Assembly (NCBI RefSeq): GCF_048593235.1
Contig: NC_133618.1
Span: 271,275,882-271,339,881 of the forward strand
Direction: 5' to 3'
DNA length: 64,000 bases
DNA from: Sminthopsis crassicaudata
Taxonomy: Eukaryota
The translations under genes and the position numbers were made by a program. Shown here piece after piece: positions 35,614-50,600 of the stretch. Under the pieces are notes generated by a model. It saw only the letters and a program-made list of their open reading frames with translations, did not search any database and was not told where the DNA came from. Position 1 is the first letter of the stretch; each line of letters starts with the position of its first letter.

Positions 35614-38600
35614 TATTTATTTATTTATTTATATTTATAAAAAATATATATACTTACATACATAATTTGTTCAGCCATTCCATAATTGATGAACATTACC
35701 TTAGTTTTCTGCTCTTTGCCACCACAAAAACAGCAACTATTTTTTTTTTCCTTTTCCTCTCTTAATGATCTCTTTGGGGTATAGGCCTACTGGTAGTATC
35801 AATAGGTCAAATGATACAGATGGTTTTGTAACTTTGCTAAACAGATGAATTAACCATCATTTTTCAGAATTTCAACTGCCAAAAGTGTGTGTGAAGTTAC
35901 TGTTCTTAACTTCCATTCTAGTTAAGGAAATCGAACATGCTTATTAGTACATTAGTATTTCTATCATAAAGATCCATAGGATGTGGAGCCAGAAGGGACC
36001 TTGAGGATCACTTAGTTCAAGAACACTTTCATTTTACAAATGAGAAAACTTGGCTCAGAGAATTAAAAGTATCTTGCCAAAATCACATAGATAGTAAATA
36101 GCATAATTTTTGCATCCAGACTGCAAAATGTGTTGTTGTTTTTTTTGTTTTTTTACCTATACTGCATTGTATTTTGAGAAGCGAGTCTCTAAATTCGTGC
36201 TCAAGTCATATAAAGTTTAGTTTTCTGGAAATTATTTAGGCTATCTCTCACTTAGAAAGTCTGCACTTGATGGTGAGAGTTAGGGTCAAGGAAAGGGGTA
36301 ACTACGGTGAGGTTTGCAAGAATTATATTTCTTCATTTGATTTCAGCTGTAATTATGAATTCTTTAACTTAAATTCTTTATTTTAACTTAAATTTAAATT
36401 AACTTAAATTCTTTAATTTAATTAATTCTTTAATAGGGAGACAAACTTTTAAAATCATTGAAAGAACACTTTCAACATGAACTCAAGAAAGAAAATGAAA
36501 ATCAGGTAAGTAAGCACAGTTTGTCATTAAGCAAAAAATTGACTTCAGTAATTGTTCATAATTGAAGTTGACTTAAAATCTTCTGATGCATATTGTGGAG
36601 ACCACTGTTAGAAGCAGAATTAGTTTCTATGGATAATTAACTAAAAAAGTGACTTATTTGGATTAGTAAAGTTGCTTTCTAGCTACTGTCTGACTGTTGA
36701 ACATAGTACCTTAGAGGACAAAGTAGAAAATTTAATGAAATTGCTGATTGCCAGACTCTGTCCCATTGTCCAAAGATCAGAGTTTTCAACAGTCAGAAAT
36801 TTAGATGGTACCAGATGGATCACTGAATACCTCAGTAAAGTATGAGGAAATATAGTCAAAAGGAAGGGAAATTGAAAGTACTTAAGACATTGTAATAGTG
36901 ATTATATATAAATATGATATGAAAATTCAGTATTATTATTCTTCACAAGCCTTTCTGTTCCCTTCATGGTCTTAAGTAGATCTGTGTCTCTGTCCCTAAC
37001 CTTTTAAAAGTCTGGTTTCCTGTTGTTGAATCCTTCATTAGTTATTCCAAACCAGTAAGCATTTATTTTTGTTTTCAAAGCATTTGGGGTTATGGCCTGC
37101 CTAGAGTCATCCAGCTAGAAAGTATTAAGTATCTGTGTCTGAATTTGACTAGGGCAAGTATTCTATCCTTTGCGTCGTGTAGCTGCTCCTAGTGAGCATT
37201 TATTAAGAACCAGTGATGTGTAAGACACTGTAGAAGATGCTGGAGAAACAAAGCCAAAACTCTCACCCTCAAGGAATTTACCTTCTATTGGGGTGGGTTG
37301 GGGTACACTATAACATATAAATACTTTTAAAATATGCATTATTTGAATGGAAAGAGAGCATCAGGGAACTAAGAATGGACTTTCCATAGAAAGTGGTAAA
37401 TGAACAGAGGAAGCTAGAGCTTCTGAGGGACAGAAGTGATGGAGATCATCCATTCCAGGAATGAGAAAAGGCCAGTGGAAATTTGTAGAGGTGAGAGAGA
37501 AGGCCAAGTCCAGGCCAGTTAGGCAACTTTGGTTGAAATATAAAATGTATAGAGGAGAATAATGTGAATTTAGTTTAAAAAAAAAAAAAAAAAAGTAAGC
37601 TGGAACAAGATAGTAAAGGGCTTTAAAGAACAAACCAAGTTTATATTCTTTTCTAGTGGCAAAAGTGAGACACTGAAGATTCGTGAGCAGGAGAATGACC
37701 TGATTAGACTTGGATTAAAAATTTTTTTAATTTTTATTTTTTTAACAATAGCTTTATATTTTCAAAATATATGCAGATAATTTTCAACATTCATCCCTGC
37801 AAAACCTTGTGTTCCAAATTTTTCTCTCTCCCTTCTTCCTATCCTTTCCCCTAGATAGCAAATAATCCAATATACATTAAACATGTGCAGTTCTTGGGTT
37901 TTAAGATTTTTGTGATAGCTCTATGGAAAATGAAGGGGAAAGATGAAAATTAGGAGACTTGAATCCAATTGCAAAACTGTTGGCAATAATTGAGCTGATA
38001 TACAGCAACAAATACCCAACTAGGAATAATAATGTGATAAAAATAATAATTTATGAATGTGCTTTACAACTACATTGTATTACTTGCTCTCTAAGGGAAT
38101 GGTGGGAGGAAGGGAGAAACTTTTGGAACACAAGGTTTTGTTGAAGTGAATGATGAAAATTATCTTTGCATGTATTTTTAAAAATAAAAAGTTATAAAAA
38201 ATTCAATTGCTTCTTATATATAAGCAATTGACAAAATTGGTGCATTATATTTTAATCTTATCCATTCGTTATATCACTTATGCCAGTTTAAACTAGCCCC
38301 ACTATTATTGAATAAAAACAGTTTGAATAATAGTTAAATGCAATATTTGAAGGGGAAAATCAGACAAGACCTATGATACCTAATACATACTATCACAAGA
38401 ATGTCTGAGGCACTAAGCTGCCAGGGTCACCCAGGTGAGGATGTGGCAGAGTCAGAATCAGGATCCTACTTTTCTATCTATCTCCTGGACTTCATCTAGA
38501 TGAGATAATGTATTTACATTTCTATGGCACTTTATGATTAACATAGCATTTTATCTCATTGGATGATCCCAACCATCCTGTCAAGTGGCAGTTGAAAATA

Positions 38601-41600
38601 TCATGATCCCAAGTTTATAAAAGCCCAGAACTTGTCCAAGATCACACAGGTAGTAAGGGCTAGAGCAGCAGGGATTTGAATTGAGGATTTCTGCTGCTCT
38701 TTCTGTTCTATCTTCCTTCTCAGCCTTAGCTCATCACTTCTTAATATTCAGATCCAACTGAACCTGAAAAGACACCTATTGCACCCCTCTCATTTTAGAG
38801 ATGAGGAAAGAAGCTCTTAGGAAGTAAGGAGCAGAATCATAGCCAAACCCAGGTCCTCTTATTCAGATCTAATGCACTTTGGAAAAGTATGCTTTATTTC
38901 AAGGACCTGTTATTTTAACAGTATGGAGTACAACCCCTACTGATGGAAAAATCCTCTATAATTTAGGAGATGGCATTTAAAAATTGCTGTCTGCTGCCAT
39001 ACCCACCTTAATTCTCCCTGCAAAAATCACTACAGCCAGGCTAGTGATTTTAGTTCTAAAATCAGATAAGATAGTTCTCCAACAGTAGTTCCTCTCTGGA
39101 CCCACATGCCTTAATCTTGAAGTTTCCAATCTAATACTTAAAAGAATTTGAACTGTGCTAGTATAACCTTCAAAAACCCAAGGTCATCCATGACAAGGCA
39201 TTAGAGTAGAATAAAAATGCCCTAATTTTCTTCCCTTAGACATAATCTTCATTTAACAGGTTTTTCAAATATTGCCTTTACACATAAGTATGTTTTGTAT
39301 TTCATTTAGAATATAGTTTTTCATATGTAGAGTAGTTTCTCACCAAGTATTTTCCTGTATGTGATAGATTTGTTCCTCTTTTTTACAGAATGGCAAAAGT
39401 AATATCTCTCCTTCCTCTCATGAGGACATAGAAATGCTTAATGACAATGAAGAAAAATCTGATCAGGAAACTACCCCTGTTTCTGTCACTTCACCCCTGG
39501 GAAGAGGCAAAGCAACTCCAGAAAGCAGTGGCTCCAAGGTGAGAGTGTGGAAACCCAGGCTAGATGAACCCTGTGAAAAGGGGCAATGTGAGGAGCAGCT
39601 AGGTGGCGCAGTGGATAGAGCACCAGCTCCTGAAGTCAGAAGGACCTGAGTTCAAATCTGGTCTCAGACACTTAGCACTTCCTAGCTGTGTGACCTTGGG
39701 CAAGTCACTTAACCCCAATTGCCTCAGAAAAGAAAAAGGGGGGGAGTGTGAGTGACTAAATTTGTTGCTGCATTCTGAGGATATTAATTAGGACTTAATA
39801 TTACTGCAACTATCTAAGGAAAATATAAGATAAACTAGAAATAACTGCTGGGTTCAATGCTGGGAAAAATCTATGGTGGTGAGTTTTCTATTTGTTCCAG
39901 GCTTCATCAAGTTATCCTAAGTAAAAGAGATACCTAGGAGGTACAGAGATTTCATTTTAAGCATGACCCATACAATGCATGTGTTGAGAGGTCGTTCTAT
40001 GTGGGATATATTCAGACTTTTATGTCTGAGATATGTTCTAGAAAGGAGACTCTTTTTTTCGTGATAGTGTAGATATATAATGTAGAGAAATAGAAGTATA
40101 AACCTAAAACTTTTTTTTATTTTTACAATTTGATTCTGAAGGATTCTCCATCTGACCTCTCCATCTGACTTCATTAATCTTTGTGGACAGTGAGCCATTG
40201 TTCTCTGGAGTTTTCCCCTCATATTCTCAAGTAGCTTGATAAAGAATTCTTCATTTTATCCTTTTTTTTTTTTTTTTTTTTTTTTAAGATGTCATTTCCC
40301 CAAGACTTACTATTCTTAACTTAATATACTTTTAATCTAGATGTGCTCAGGCTCTACTTGTCTAGATCAGGTTCCCAATCTTACAGGTATTCCAAAGGAA
40401 TCCTATATTCAAATTTTCCTCAATGGTAGACAAAAAAGTATCTCCCAATTGCACATTACTTTATGATGCTATTGACATTGCAGCTAAAGAGTTAGCACTA
40501 TTCTGTCTTTCTCCCTACTGTCTTTAAAAATAGACGAGTGAAAATTCTTTCCTTCTATCTCTACTTAATTTTTTGTTTCCCTTACTTTGGTAACCCCTTT
40601 ATGGATTAATGGAGTCTTTGAATTTGTAGCAGGATCATTCAGAGATGACAGAAAGTGATCATACTGGGTCTTCCAGAGAAAAAAAATACCAAAAGGAGAA
40701 TCTCTTAGCCATTGTAGAGGTCACAAAGCCATCCAAAGAAAACCAAAAGAAAAAGCAGACAATTTACTCAGAAGAAAATGAAATGGAAGGTATGTAAAGT
40801 AGCTAAAGAATAGAAAACCAAAAAAAAAAAAAAATTTAAAAAAAAATCCAACAATATTAACCATGAGTTGGAGTTCCACAAAGTTTAAGTAAAATAGAGA
40901 ACCTATTCTTCTGCTTTCTTTTCTTTGGAGGCAGGCTTAAAAGTATAGAAACTAGGAAAATAAGCATCTCCCTCCTCCCAGGAATCTGTGTGGCTAAATC
41001 CATCAGATTGAGAAATTGCATGAAATGAAATTTGTTTTTATGATCTGAGAATAAGTTTCATTAAGCCTTTTTAACTAATATTTCTCTCTGAATTAGGTGA
41101 TACACAAGATGGTTTGTCCAAACCTAAGAAAAGGAAAACAATATTTACAACTCCAAGTAAGTTTTTAAATAATTGTTAAGACACAGCCCTAAGTCAGATG
41201 CAAAGAAAATGCATAAGGAACTACTTGAATGCTTCTCTCTTTGATATTTATATTGCTTCATAAATAATGAATTAGAATAGCAAAGGCTCTCCAAGTTAAA
41301 TTGTGATGCATAAAAATGCTTTCTATCCAAACCAAGATATTTTGGTGAGCAGTGAAAAGGGTAAAGAATAGATAATATAATACAAGAAAATCTACAAGGT
41401 AGGACTATTCTCCCCTATCTTAGCCTGCCTAGAGTTACCAAAAACTTACTATGCTTGGGAAAACTTGCGTAAAGACCATAATGAAATTTGCACATCTCTG
41501 ATAATGTTCATCAACAATCATTACTAAGTGCCTCCTTATGTGCCAGATACTGGACTAAGTGCAGGGGGCCGAAATTAAAGATAAATGAAGCAATCTCTGC

Positions 41601-44600
41601 CATTAAAGAGCTTGTATTCTAGTAGGGAAGACAGGTACTTATATAAGAATACGTGAAATGAATATGAGATAGTTTGGGGAAAGGAGAAAGGGAGAACCCT
41701 AGGAGCAGAGAGGGAAAAGTAGAAGATGTCACTTGATCAGAATCTTGAAAGAAGTCAGAGTTGACAAAAGAAAGGGTAAGTAGAAGGACAGACTGTAACT
41801 GAATGATCTGGTCTTCATGACTAAATTTTCTTTCTTTTTTTAAATTATATATTATATATTATAAAAATTATAAAATTAATTATAAAAATAAATTATTAAT
41901 TATCAATAAATTATTGGTTTATTTAATTAATTTCTTATTAATCTATTAGTCGATATTTATTAAATTATTAATTAATAGATTATTAATTATAAAAATATTA
42001 CATATTTTAAAATTATAGCTTTTTATTTACAAGATATATGCATGGATAATTTTTCAGCATTGACAATTGCAAAACCTTTTGTTCCAATTTTTCCCCTCCT
42101 TTCCCCCACCCTTTCCCCCAGATGGCAGATTTGCCAATACATGTTAGATTTATGTTAAAGTATAACTTAAATACAATGTATGCATACATGTCCATACAGT
42201 TATTTTGCTGTACAAATATTCCATAATATTCAGATACCACAATTTATTCAGCCATTCTCCAATTGATGGGCATCCACTCAGTTTCCAGTTTCTGGCCACT
42301 ACAAGAGGGCTGCCATAAACATTCTTTCACATACAGGTCCCTTTCCCTTCTTTAACATCTCTTTGGGAAAAAAGCTGAGTAGTAACACTGCTGGATCAAA
42401 GGGTATACACAGTTTGATAACTTTTTGAGCATAGTTCCAAATCGCTCTCCAGAATGGCTGGATGTATTCACAATTCCACCAACAATGTATCAGTGCATGA
42501 CTAAATTTTCATATTTTGTTGGGGTAATATTCTAGATTTTAAGAAGATTCATGAAGCTCATTTTAAGGAAATGGAATCTATTGACAAATATATTGATCGA
42601 AAAAAGAAACGTATGGAAGTCCTTAACAACTCAGTGAAAGAATTAAAGGTATGAGATCTAAACTGCATCCTTGATTGATTTGGCCTTTTATTTTTTAAAA
42701 ATGAAATAAAGTTATAGGAAAAGCTAATTGTTAATTATTTACTGAAGATAGCTTTAATTTTACACCGCTACTATTAAGTTCAAGGAACTATATCATATAT
42801 GTCATCATTAGGCTGACTTTTAAATAATAATTTACATATAAGAATTTCCACTCTCTGAAAGATCATCACCTACTCAGAATCTTACAGTAGCATAAAGGAA
42901 CATAGGGTATAAATGTCTTCAGTGATGTGAACCTCAGTGACTTGATATATAAACCCCCCCAAACATGTAAGATTTTTATCCCATTTACAAATGAATGGCT
43001 GACAAATCTAGCCCCTTGCAAAGTTAGCTTACCTCTAGCCCAAATAAATCCCAATTCCAAAGTAATTCTACCAACACTTGTATTTATCTAACCCACTTGT
43101 GACTGAAATATCCTGAGGTTGCTAGAGAGCCTTTCATTCCCTTTGTCAACCTTATTATCAAATTGCATTGGCCCCTGCTATCTCTGGGTCACCCCCAAAA
43201 AAGACTGTAATGGTCTGCTTTCCTAAGATTCACTTTGACCCTATCTGCTTGATGTTGTGCTTCAAGATTCTTGTCATTTACAAATTGCAATTTTTTCGGG
43301 GCTCTGACTCTTGCAAATTGACAGAATCTATGTTTAATGAGATCAGTGCTTGTGAGTATTTTTAGGGAAATCTATTACCTTTTTTGTTCAAGAAATCAGT
43401 GTCTGACTATGACACTCTCCTGTATCTCCTCATTGCCAACACAATAAAATACAAATTGCTCATTTGGCATTTAAAGTCCTTCCCTGTCTAGCTCCAAGAG
43501 TCATTTTTATAGTCTGCATACATATTACTTCCTCCCTGGGGCTCTAGCTAAACTTGCCTTTCATATTTTTGTAAAAAACATTCCATTTTCCTATATGTCC
43601 CCCAAAACTAAGATGTTTTTTCTCACCTCTACCTTACAGAACCTCCTAGTTCACTTTGAAACAGCTTAAATGTTACCTCTGTCATGAGACTTTTTCTGAT
43701 TACTCTCATGTTACTCCATACCAAATCACTTTTGTATTTATTATCTATATCCTATATATATCTGTCTGGGAATATATTTCATTCTTCAATCACTATATTC
43801 CACTAGATTGTAAATTCCTTAAAAGCAGATACTACCTCCCTTTTGTATCATGGGGCAGTACTGAACATAGTAGGTACTTTAATAAGTGCTTATTGATTGA
43901 TTGGAAAGAGCCCATTATTTTTTGTTTCTTGTTTGTGTTTCCTTTCTAAATCAATTCCCTTGTCATGACCCAAGGGATCCATTTCTTCCCTACCCACATT
44001 CACCAAAATTCTTTGGCTCTCTTTCTTTCTCTGTCTTATTAAATACACTCTTTCCTTTGATTTTAGTGTCTATTGACAAGTACAAATAATGAGATATACA
44101 TGTACAAAAAAAAAAAAAAAAAAAAAAACCAACACAAAAGAATGAAAATTATTACTCCTCTGGAATAAACTATTATTTACCAACTCTTGTAGATAAAAAA
44201 CACCTACAAATTGATCTCTTTTGAAGGCTCCATGTGTGTATTGTGTAATGTGAATGTTTGTCTCTAATTGTTTTAGCTGTCCCAAGATACAGGTATGACT
44301 TGACTGCAAACAAAGAGGATGGAAACAGCGTGTAGTGTCCCCTCTCTTTAGGGCCGAGCCTTCTTTCATTGCCATCTACCAGGATGTTAAAACATTGTGG
44401 CTTTTGAAGTCAGCGATAGAATTCTTTTTTTCTTTCTAATATGTCATTTAGGACAATTATCACCCAACAAATTTCATAATTACTATAACATCATGGATAA
44501 ATTTTCTTTTTTCTCCCATGAGCCTGAGAAACTGGAAACTGGAATTGTTTGGAGCTTTTTGTTCCAACCATTTGTGGGAAACATCATATATAAACTATAA

Positions 44601-47600
44601 AATGTATTCTGGAATCAAATATGAATTACCATTATAATTTTCCTACTTTTTTGTTGTAGACTTTATTTTCAAAATACGTTATGATAACTTTTGTCTTTTT
44701 ATCACAGTAATTTCAATCGTTATTCCCCAACTAAATATGCTCCCATGCCCCTACAAAAAAGTTATGCAAAAAACATATAAAACAGTAACCATGTTTTATA
44801 AGATATGATAATGTTCTTGTACTCCTCAACCATTCTGCTATGAGATATGTTTCAGTCTATTCCATGGGACCATATGGTCCCATGGTTTTTCAGTTTCTGA
44901 AAGTTTGACTTCCTTTGATCATCTTTACATCTATATATTTAGTGTTATTGAATGTGTGCTTTTGTCCATATAGAAACTATAAAATGGCTCTTTACTTTAA
45001 AATGACTTCTATTTACTTTCACCAGCACTTTTTTTTTTTAGTAGGCTTTTGCCTATACAATATATAAGTCCCTGGGACAGAATTACATATAAATTAATAC
45101 AAGGTAATTATTTGTTATTACTATAGGAGCTTTAGCCATAGTGTTCTTCCTTCAGATGATTTTATCAGAAGAGTTAAGTTATTGTTAATACAAGTAGCTA
45201 CTTAATACTCTTTTAAAAAGCAGGGCCATTAGAAAGCTGCTCAAATCAAACTTAAAATATAACTGGAATTGACAGAAAAGTGATCTTACTAAGAGTAACA
45301 AAAAACTGGATTTTTGAAAATGGAAATAAGAATTTCTTAAAATGTATTCTGTAAACAGATGCATTTTATAATATAGATGTGTCATAAGTCTAATTCTGTT
45401 CAGTCTATGATAAAGGGTAACTTTACTTTAGATTTTGGCATTGTTTTATAACATTAGACTGCTTCAATGCAATTCTCTACTTCCTCTTTTAAATCTGAAT
45501 CTGAATTTTGCCACCTTTCCAACAGACTGCCAATTTCGTTGGTCTTCTTTGTGCCACCAAATAAGATTACATTTCTTTTGTGATGTAGTTGAGACTAATA
45601 AAATGCAATACTCAAATTTTTCTTTCTCTTTTGACAGATATTAGCTAAAAATGCTAACCTAACTGGATCTCCCTACACTAATTCCAAGGTGAGCCTTTGA
45701 ACATTTTTGTAAATAATTTAGGAATGTATATGTAGGAATTTCATTCCACATTATCAATATATTCTAGTCTTCTTGTCTTTAGCCACTAAGTGCCTAGTAC
45801 AATATCTGACACACAGAGGTGCTTGAAAACTTTTTAATCTCAATTATGTTTGTTTTCTATCATCTTTAATAGCAGTTCTCAAATAGATTAACATGCATTT
45901 CTCTAAGAAATCTCGTAGGTGTTCCTCTTTGGAGTATTCTCTTCAAGATTCTTCCATTCCATTTGTATCCTATATATTGACCAGTAATTAAAGAATCTGT
46001 GGCTACCATTTGTACTTGTGTTGTGTTCCAAATCACTATAGCAACATACCTATTGATGCAGTTCCTGAAATGCTAGAGTCCTTTGACCTTTTGTGGGGAC
46101 AGGATGACAATGAGATTATTTTAGAAGCTTTCTCTTTATACTAAAGAAATAAACTTTGCCAGTAAAAAATGACTTTTAGTGGACCTAAGTCATTGAAAAC
46201 CACTATGTTAAAAATATGACAATTCTTTTTGTTTCTTCTTTAAGAAAAATTCATCTAACATGAGAATAATAAGCCCAGTTCCTCAGAGAGGCAGGCCCTC
46301 TTCTACCTGCACTCCCATCAGTCCACGACGCTCACTTCGTACATCTCTTGGGACTGCAAATCGAAGTATCTTGAGTCAGAAACTGTTCAAGCCATCCACC
46401 CTCTCAACTAACAAAATGAATGTCAGGTAAAACAGAGTCCCTGAATTGAACCAGTAGGCAATATTCAGAAGCTCTTTTAATCCTAGTTAAAGGTTCAAAT
46501 AATCAAAAATACAATTATATTACTTACTTGGTGCTGATGTCTTTGGATGCTCTAAACAAAATTTCCAAGATATTTTTCTTTCCATTTAAACCAAAAGCTC
46601 CTAATTCTCAGAATAAGGTAATTTTCTTTGATCCGTGATAGTGAGCAGTCTATAAGCTAAAAATGTAGCCATAACATCACAATCATAACTATACTATATT
46701 CCCTCGTCCTTTGATTCTTCCATCTCCTTGGGAAATTCTGGTATTTGAACAATGATATCTGACCAAGAAGTAATATTTTTAATTAGTGGTAGTCCCTTAC
46801 CATGAAAATTCCTTTTTTTTTTTTTTTTAATCTTTTTTTAATTTTTAAAACATATACAGAGATAGTTTTCAACATTCAGTATTGCAAAAATCAGTGTTTC
46901 AATTTTCTTTCTGCCTCTCTTTCCCCCACCCCCTCTGCTAGATGGCAAGTAATTCAATAGATGTTAAACATGTAAAATTATTCTATACATATTTTCACAT
47001 TTATCATGCTGCACAAGAAAAATTAGATCAAAAAAAAAAATGAAAAAGAAAAGAAATGCAAGGAAACAACAGCAAAAAGTGAAAATACTATATTGTGATC
47101 CACACTTAGTCTCCAAAGTCCTCGCTCTGATGCAGATAGCTCTCTCCATAACAATTCTATTAGAAATGGCCTGAATCACCTCACCATTGTAAAGAGCCAC
47201 ATCAGAACTAATTGTTGTGTACAATGTTTTCTCGGTTCTATTCACTTCACTTAACATCAGTTCATGCAAGTCTCTCCAGACCTTTCTGAAATCACCCTGT
47301 TGATTGTTTCTTATAGAACAATAATATTATATAACATTCAGATACCATAATTTATTCAGCCATTCTCCAACTGATGGGCATGTATTCAGTTTCCACTTCC
47401 TTGTCACTACAAAAAAACAAACAAACAAAAAAACCTGCTACAATTTTTGCACATGTGCTTACTTTTTCTTTTATGATCTCTTCGGGGGAAAAACCCAGGA
47501 GAGACACTGCTGGATCAAAGAGTGTGCACAATTTGATAACCCTTTGGGTATACTACCATGAAAATTCCTAATATCTATGGGACTTTGAGTAAATTAATTC

Positions 47601-50600
47601 ATTTCTCTCTTCATTTTCATCTTCTATAAAATGAAATCATCCTAGATTATCTCCTGTTGCGTATTTTTATAAAATCTCCTTGAATAGATTGAATTGGCAG
47701 CTAGCTAGATAGCCTAAATGGTTCCTTCCCCTTCTAGCACATTGTATTAGCATTAGAAAGTCAGGAATTCTGAGTTCAAATTCTCTCTCTGCCACTTATT
47801 AGCCTTGTACATTTGGGCAAGTCACTCAACTTCCCTGAAATTCAGTTTCATCATTTGTAAAATGGGAATTATAATCTTTGAACTCTCTATCTCATAGGAC
47901 CCTTGAGGAAAAATTCTTTTGTAAATCTCAAATACTACATAGAATTGGGTCAAAAGGGTTAATTATTCTCCTGCTTGTACTAGACTAGCCTTAGGGATCT
48001 GGACTGTCCTAGAAACATCTGGCTCTTACAGAGATAAAAATTTTAAAAATTACTTTTCTCTAAGACCCAGTCTGGAATCAATAATACTTATAAGTAGCAT
48101 TTATATTGTACTTTAAAATTTGTGAAACACTTTACAAATATCTTGGAAGGAATGGGGTGCTACTGTTATTCCCATTTAACAGATAAGGAAACTGAGGAAG
48201 GCAGAGACTAAAGTGACTTGGCCAAGGTCACACATCTAGTGCCCAAGGCCATATTTAAACTCACATCTTTCTGATTCCAAGCCCAGCACTTCTATCTATT
48301 GTGTTATCTGGACAAAAAAATGTGAAGGTATTAAGAAGAAAAAATATATATAACATAAGAGGATTGAACTAGATGATCTTCAGCTGTCAAATTCTATTTC
48401 TTAGTGTATTTGTATTGAATTATCTTCTCCAATACCTTCTACTATTTTGATGTGAACCCCAAACTAGCTTATTTCCAGTAATTGCTTAAAATAAAAAGTC
48501 CATCCTGTGCCTTTATTAACTTTGATCAAATCAATTTCCCAGACTGTCCTTAATCAGCTCTAATTCAACTTCCATTGTCTCAGTGATGGAAGGCCAAAAT
48601 TATCAGATCATCTTCTCTGAGACTAAGTTGACATCTTTATTTTTTTTTTGATTGATAAGAGCTTTTTATTTTCAAAATTAGATGCAAACATAGTTTTTAA
48701 CATTCATCTTTGCAAAACCTTGTGTTCCAGATTTTTCTCCATCCCTTCCCCCATCTCTCTCTCCTAGACATTAAATAATACAATCCTAAGCTAAACATGT
48801 ACAATTCTTCTAAATATATTTCCACAATTATCATGCTGCACAAGAAAAAATGAAAAAAAAATGAGAAGAAACAAAAAGCAAACAGAAACAAAAAAGGTGA
48901 AAATGCTATGTTGTAATCCACACTCAATCCCCACATTCCTCTCTGGATGCAGATGGCTCTCTTCATCACAAGTGTATTGGAATTGGCCTGAATCATTTCA
49001 TTGCTGAAAAGAGCCAAGATCTTCATAATTGATCATCACATAAACTTGTTGCTGCTGTGTACAATGTTCTCTTGGTTCCACTCAATTTACTTAGTATCAG
49101 TTCATGTAAGTCTTTCCAGAATGGTTGGATCATTTAATAACTCTACCAATAATGTATAATGTCCCAGTTTTCCCACATCCCTTCCAACATTTATTATCTT
49201 TTTTGTTATCCTTAATCTATCTGAGAAGTATGAAGTGATATCTCAGAGCTGTCTTAATTTGAATTTCTCTGATTATTAGTAGAGTATTTTTTCATGTAAC
49301 TAGAAATGGCTTTAATTTCTTCATCTGAAAATTGTCTGTTCATATCCTATATTGGGGAATGGCATGTATTCTTATAAATTTGTGTCTATTCTCTTTATAT
49401 TTTTGAAATGAGGCCTTTATCAATGGAAATAAAAATCTTTCCTCAGTTTTCTATTTCCCTTCTAATCTTGACTGCATTGGTTTTTCAACATTCATTTTGT
49501 CCACAATTTTTTTCTCCCCTTTCCCCAAGACAGCAATCTGATATAGATTATACCCATATATATACTTCCCCCCCTCTATACACACATATATATACACACA
49601 TACACATATACATATACCCATACATACAATCTGATTACTCATAAATTGATATTGACTCCTATTGATTTAAGGTTTTGTGGGTTTTTCCCCTCTCTCTCCC
49701 AAACTAATGATATATAAATACATTAAAGGAGATTTTTTTTTTTATTCATCTTGAGCCTTTCTTGAAAACTACAAAAAAGGCTGCTACAAACATTTTTGCA
49801 CATGTGGGTAGAGTTAGCATCTTTAAAGACAGTCTCAACAACCTTTAAGACAAACTTGATGGGAACTTAGCTTTTGCAGACTATTTACATCCTTATTACT
49901 CCCTAGATCTTGCTCCCTCATTCCTCTGCCTCCCCTGTCCTATAAAAAGTCTGTTCGCGCAAATGCAAATTGTTCATTCATTTATGACTCTGTCTTGTAT
50001 TTGCTTGAGCCCAGGTTTGATACACGTAGTAAAATAGTAAAATCTCTAAAATCCATTACCTATGATGGATGTCTGACTTGATTTCTTCAGGTCTATTGAA
50101 TTGTAACTGAATCTCTACTATATTATTATTACATAATATTCTTTTATAATTATGCTCTCCCAAATCTATTTCTCATTACCACTCCTGGTACTTTTATACC
50201 ACTTCAATTTTTACCAAAATTCAAGAGATTATAGTAAAATAAATGTCTGTTTTCAGACTTGTAACAAATTTTCGACCTTCTCCCCCAAGAAGAAAAATTA
50301 GAAAAGTGAGAGAAGAGTTTGAGTGCATGAGAAAGTTCTTTTGAAATAGTTTAATATTGTCTTCTCTCCTTCACTGCTTGGTGAAACTCTTAATAACATT
50401 GTATTCCACTGTATCATTCTGTTAAGGTTCTCAGAGACTACTAAAGATAATGAGCATAAACGCTCACTGACCAAGACCCCTGCCAGAAAATCTCCATATA
50501 TGTCCATGCTTGACACCCAGCCACAATGTGAGACTGTCCTGGTGAAGAATAAGGAAAAGGAAGCCACTCAAGTTAAGGGTGAACATATTTCAGGTAATGT

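Noticed and set aside
44277-44292. Possible 16-nt microexon (ttttag|CTGTCCCAAGATACAG|gtatga) in a NUSAP1 intron
   Set aside because: Frame-shifting, with no partner exon found to restore phase; splice-like motifs of this size are common. Junction reads would be needed.
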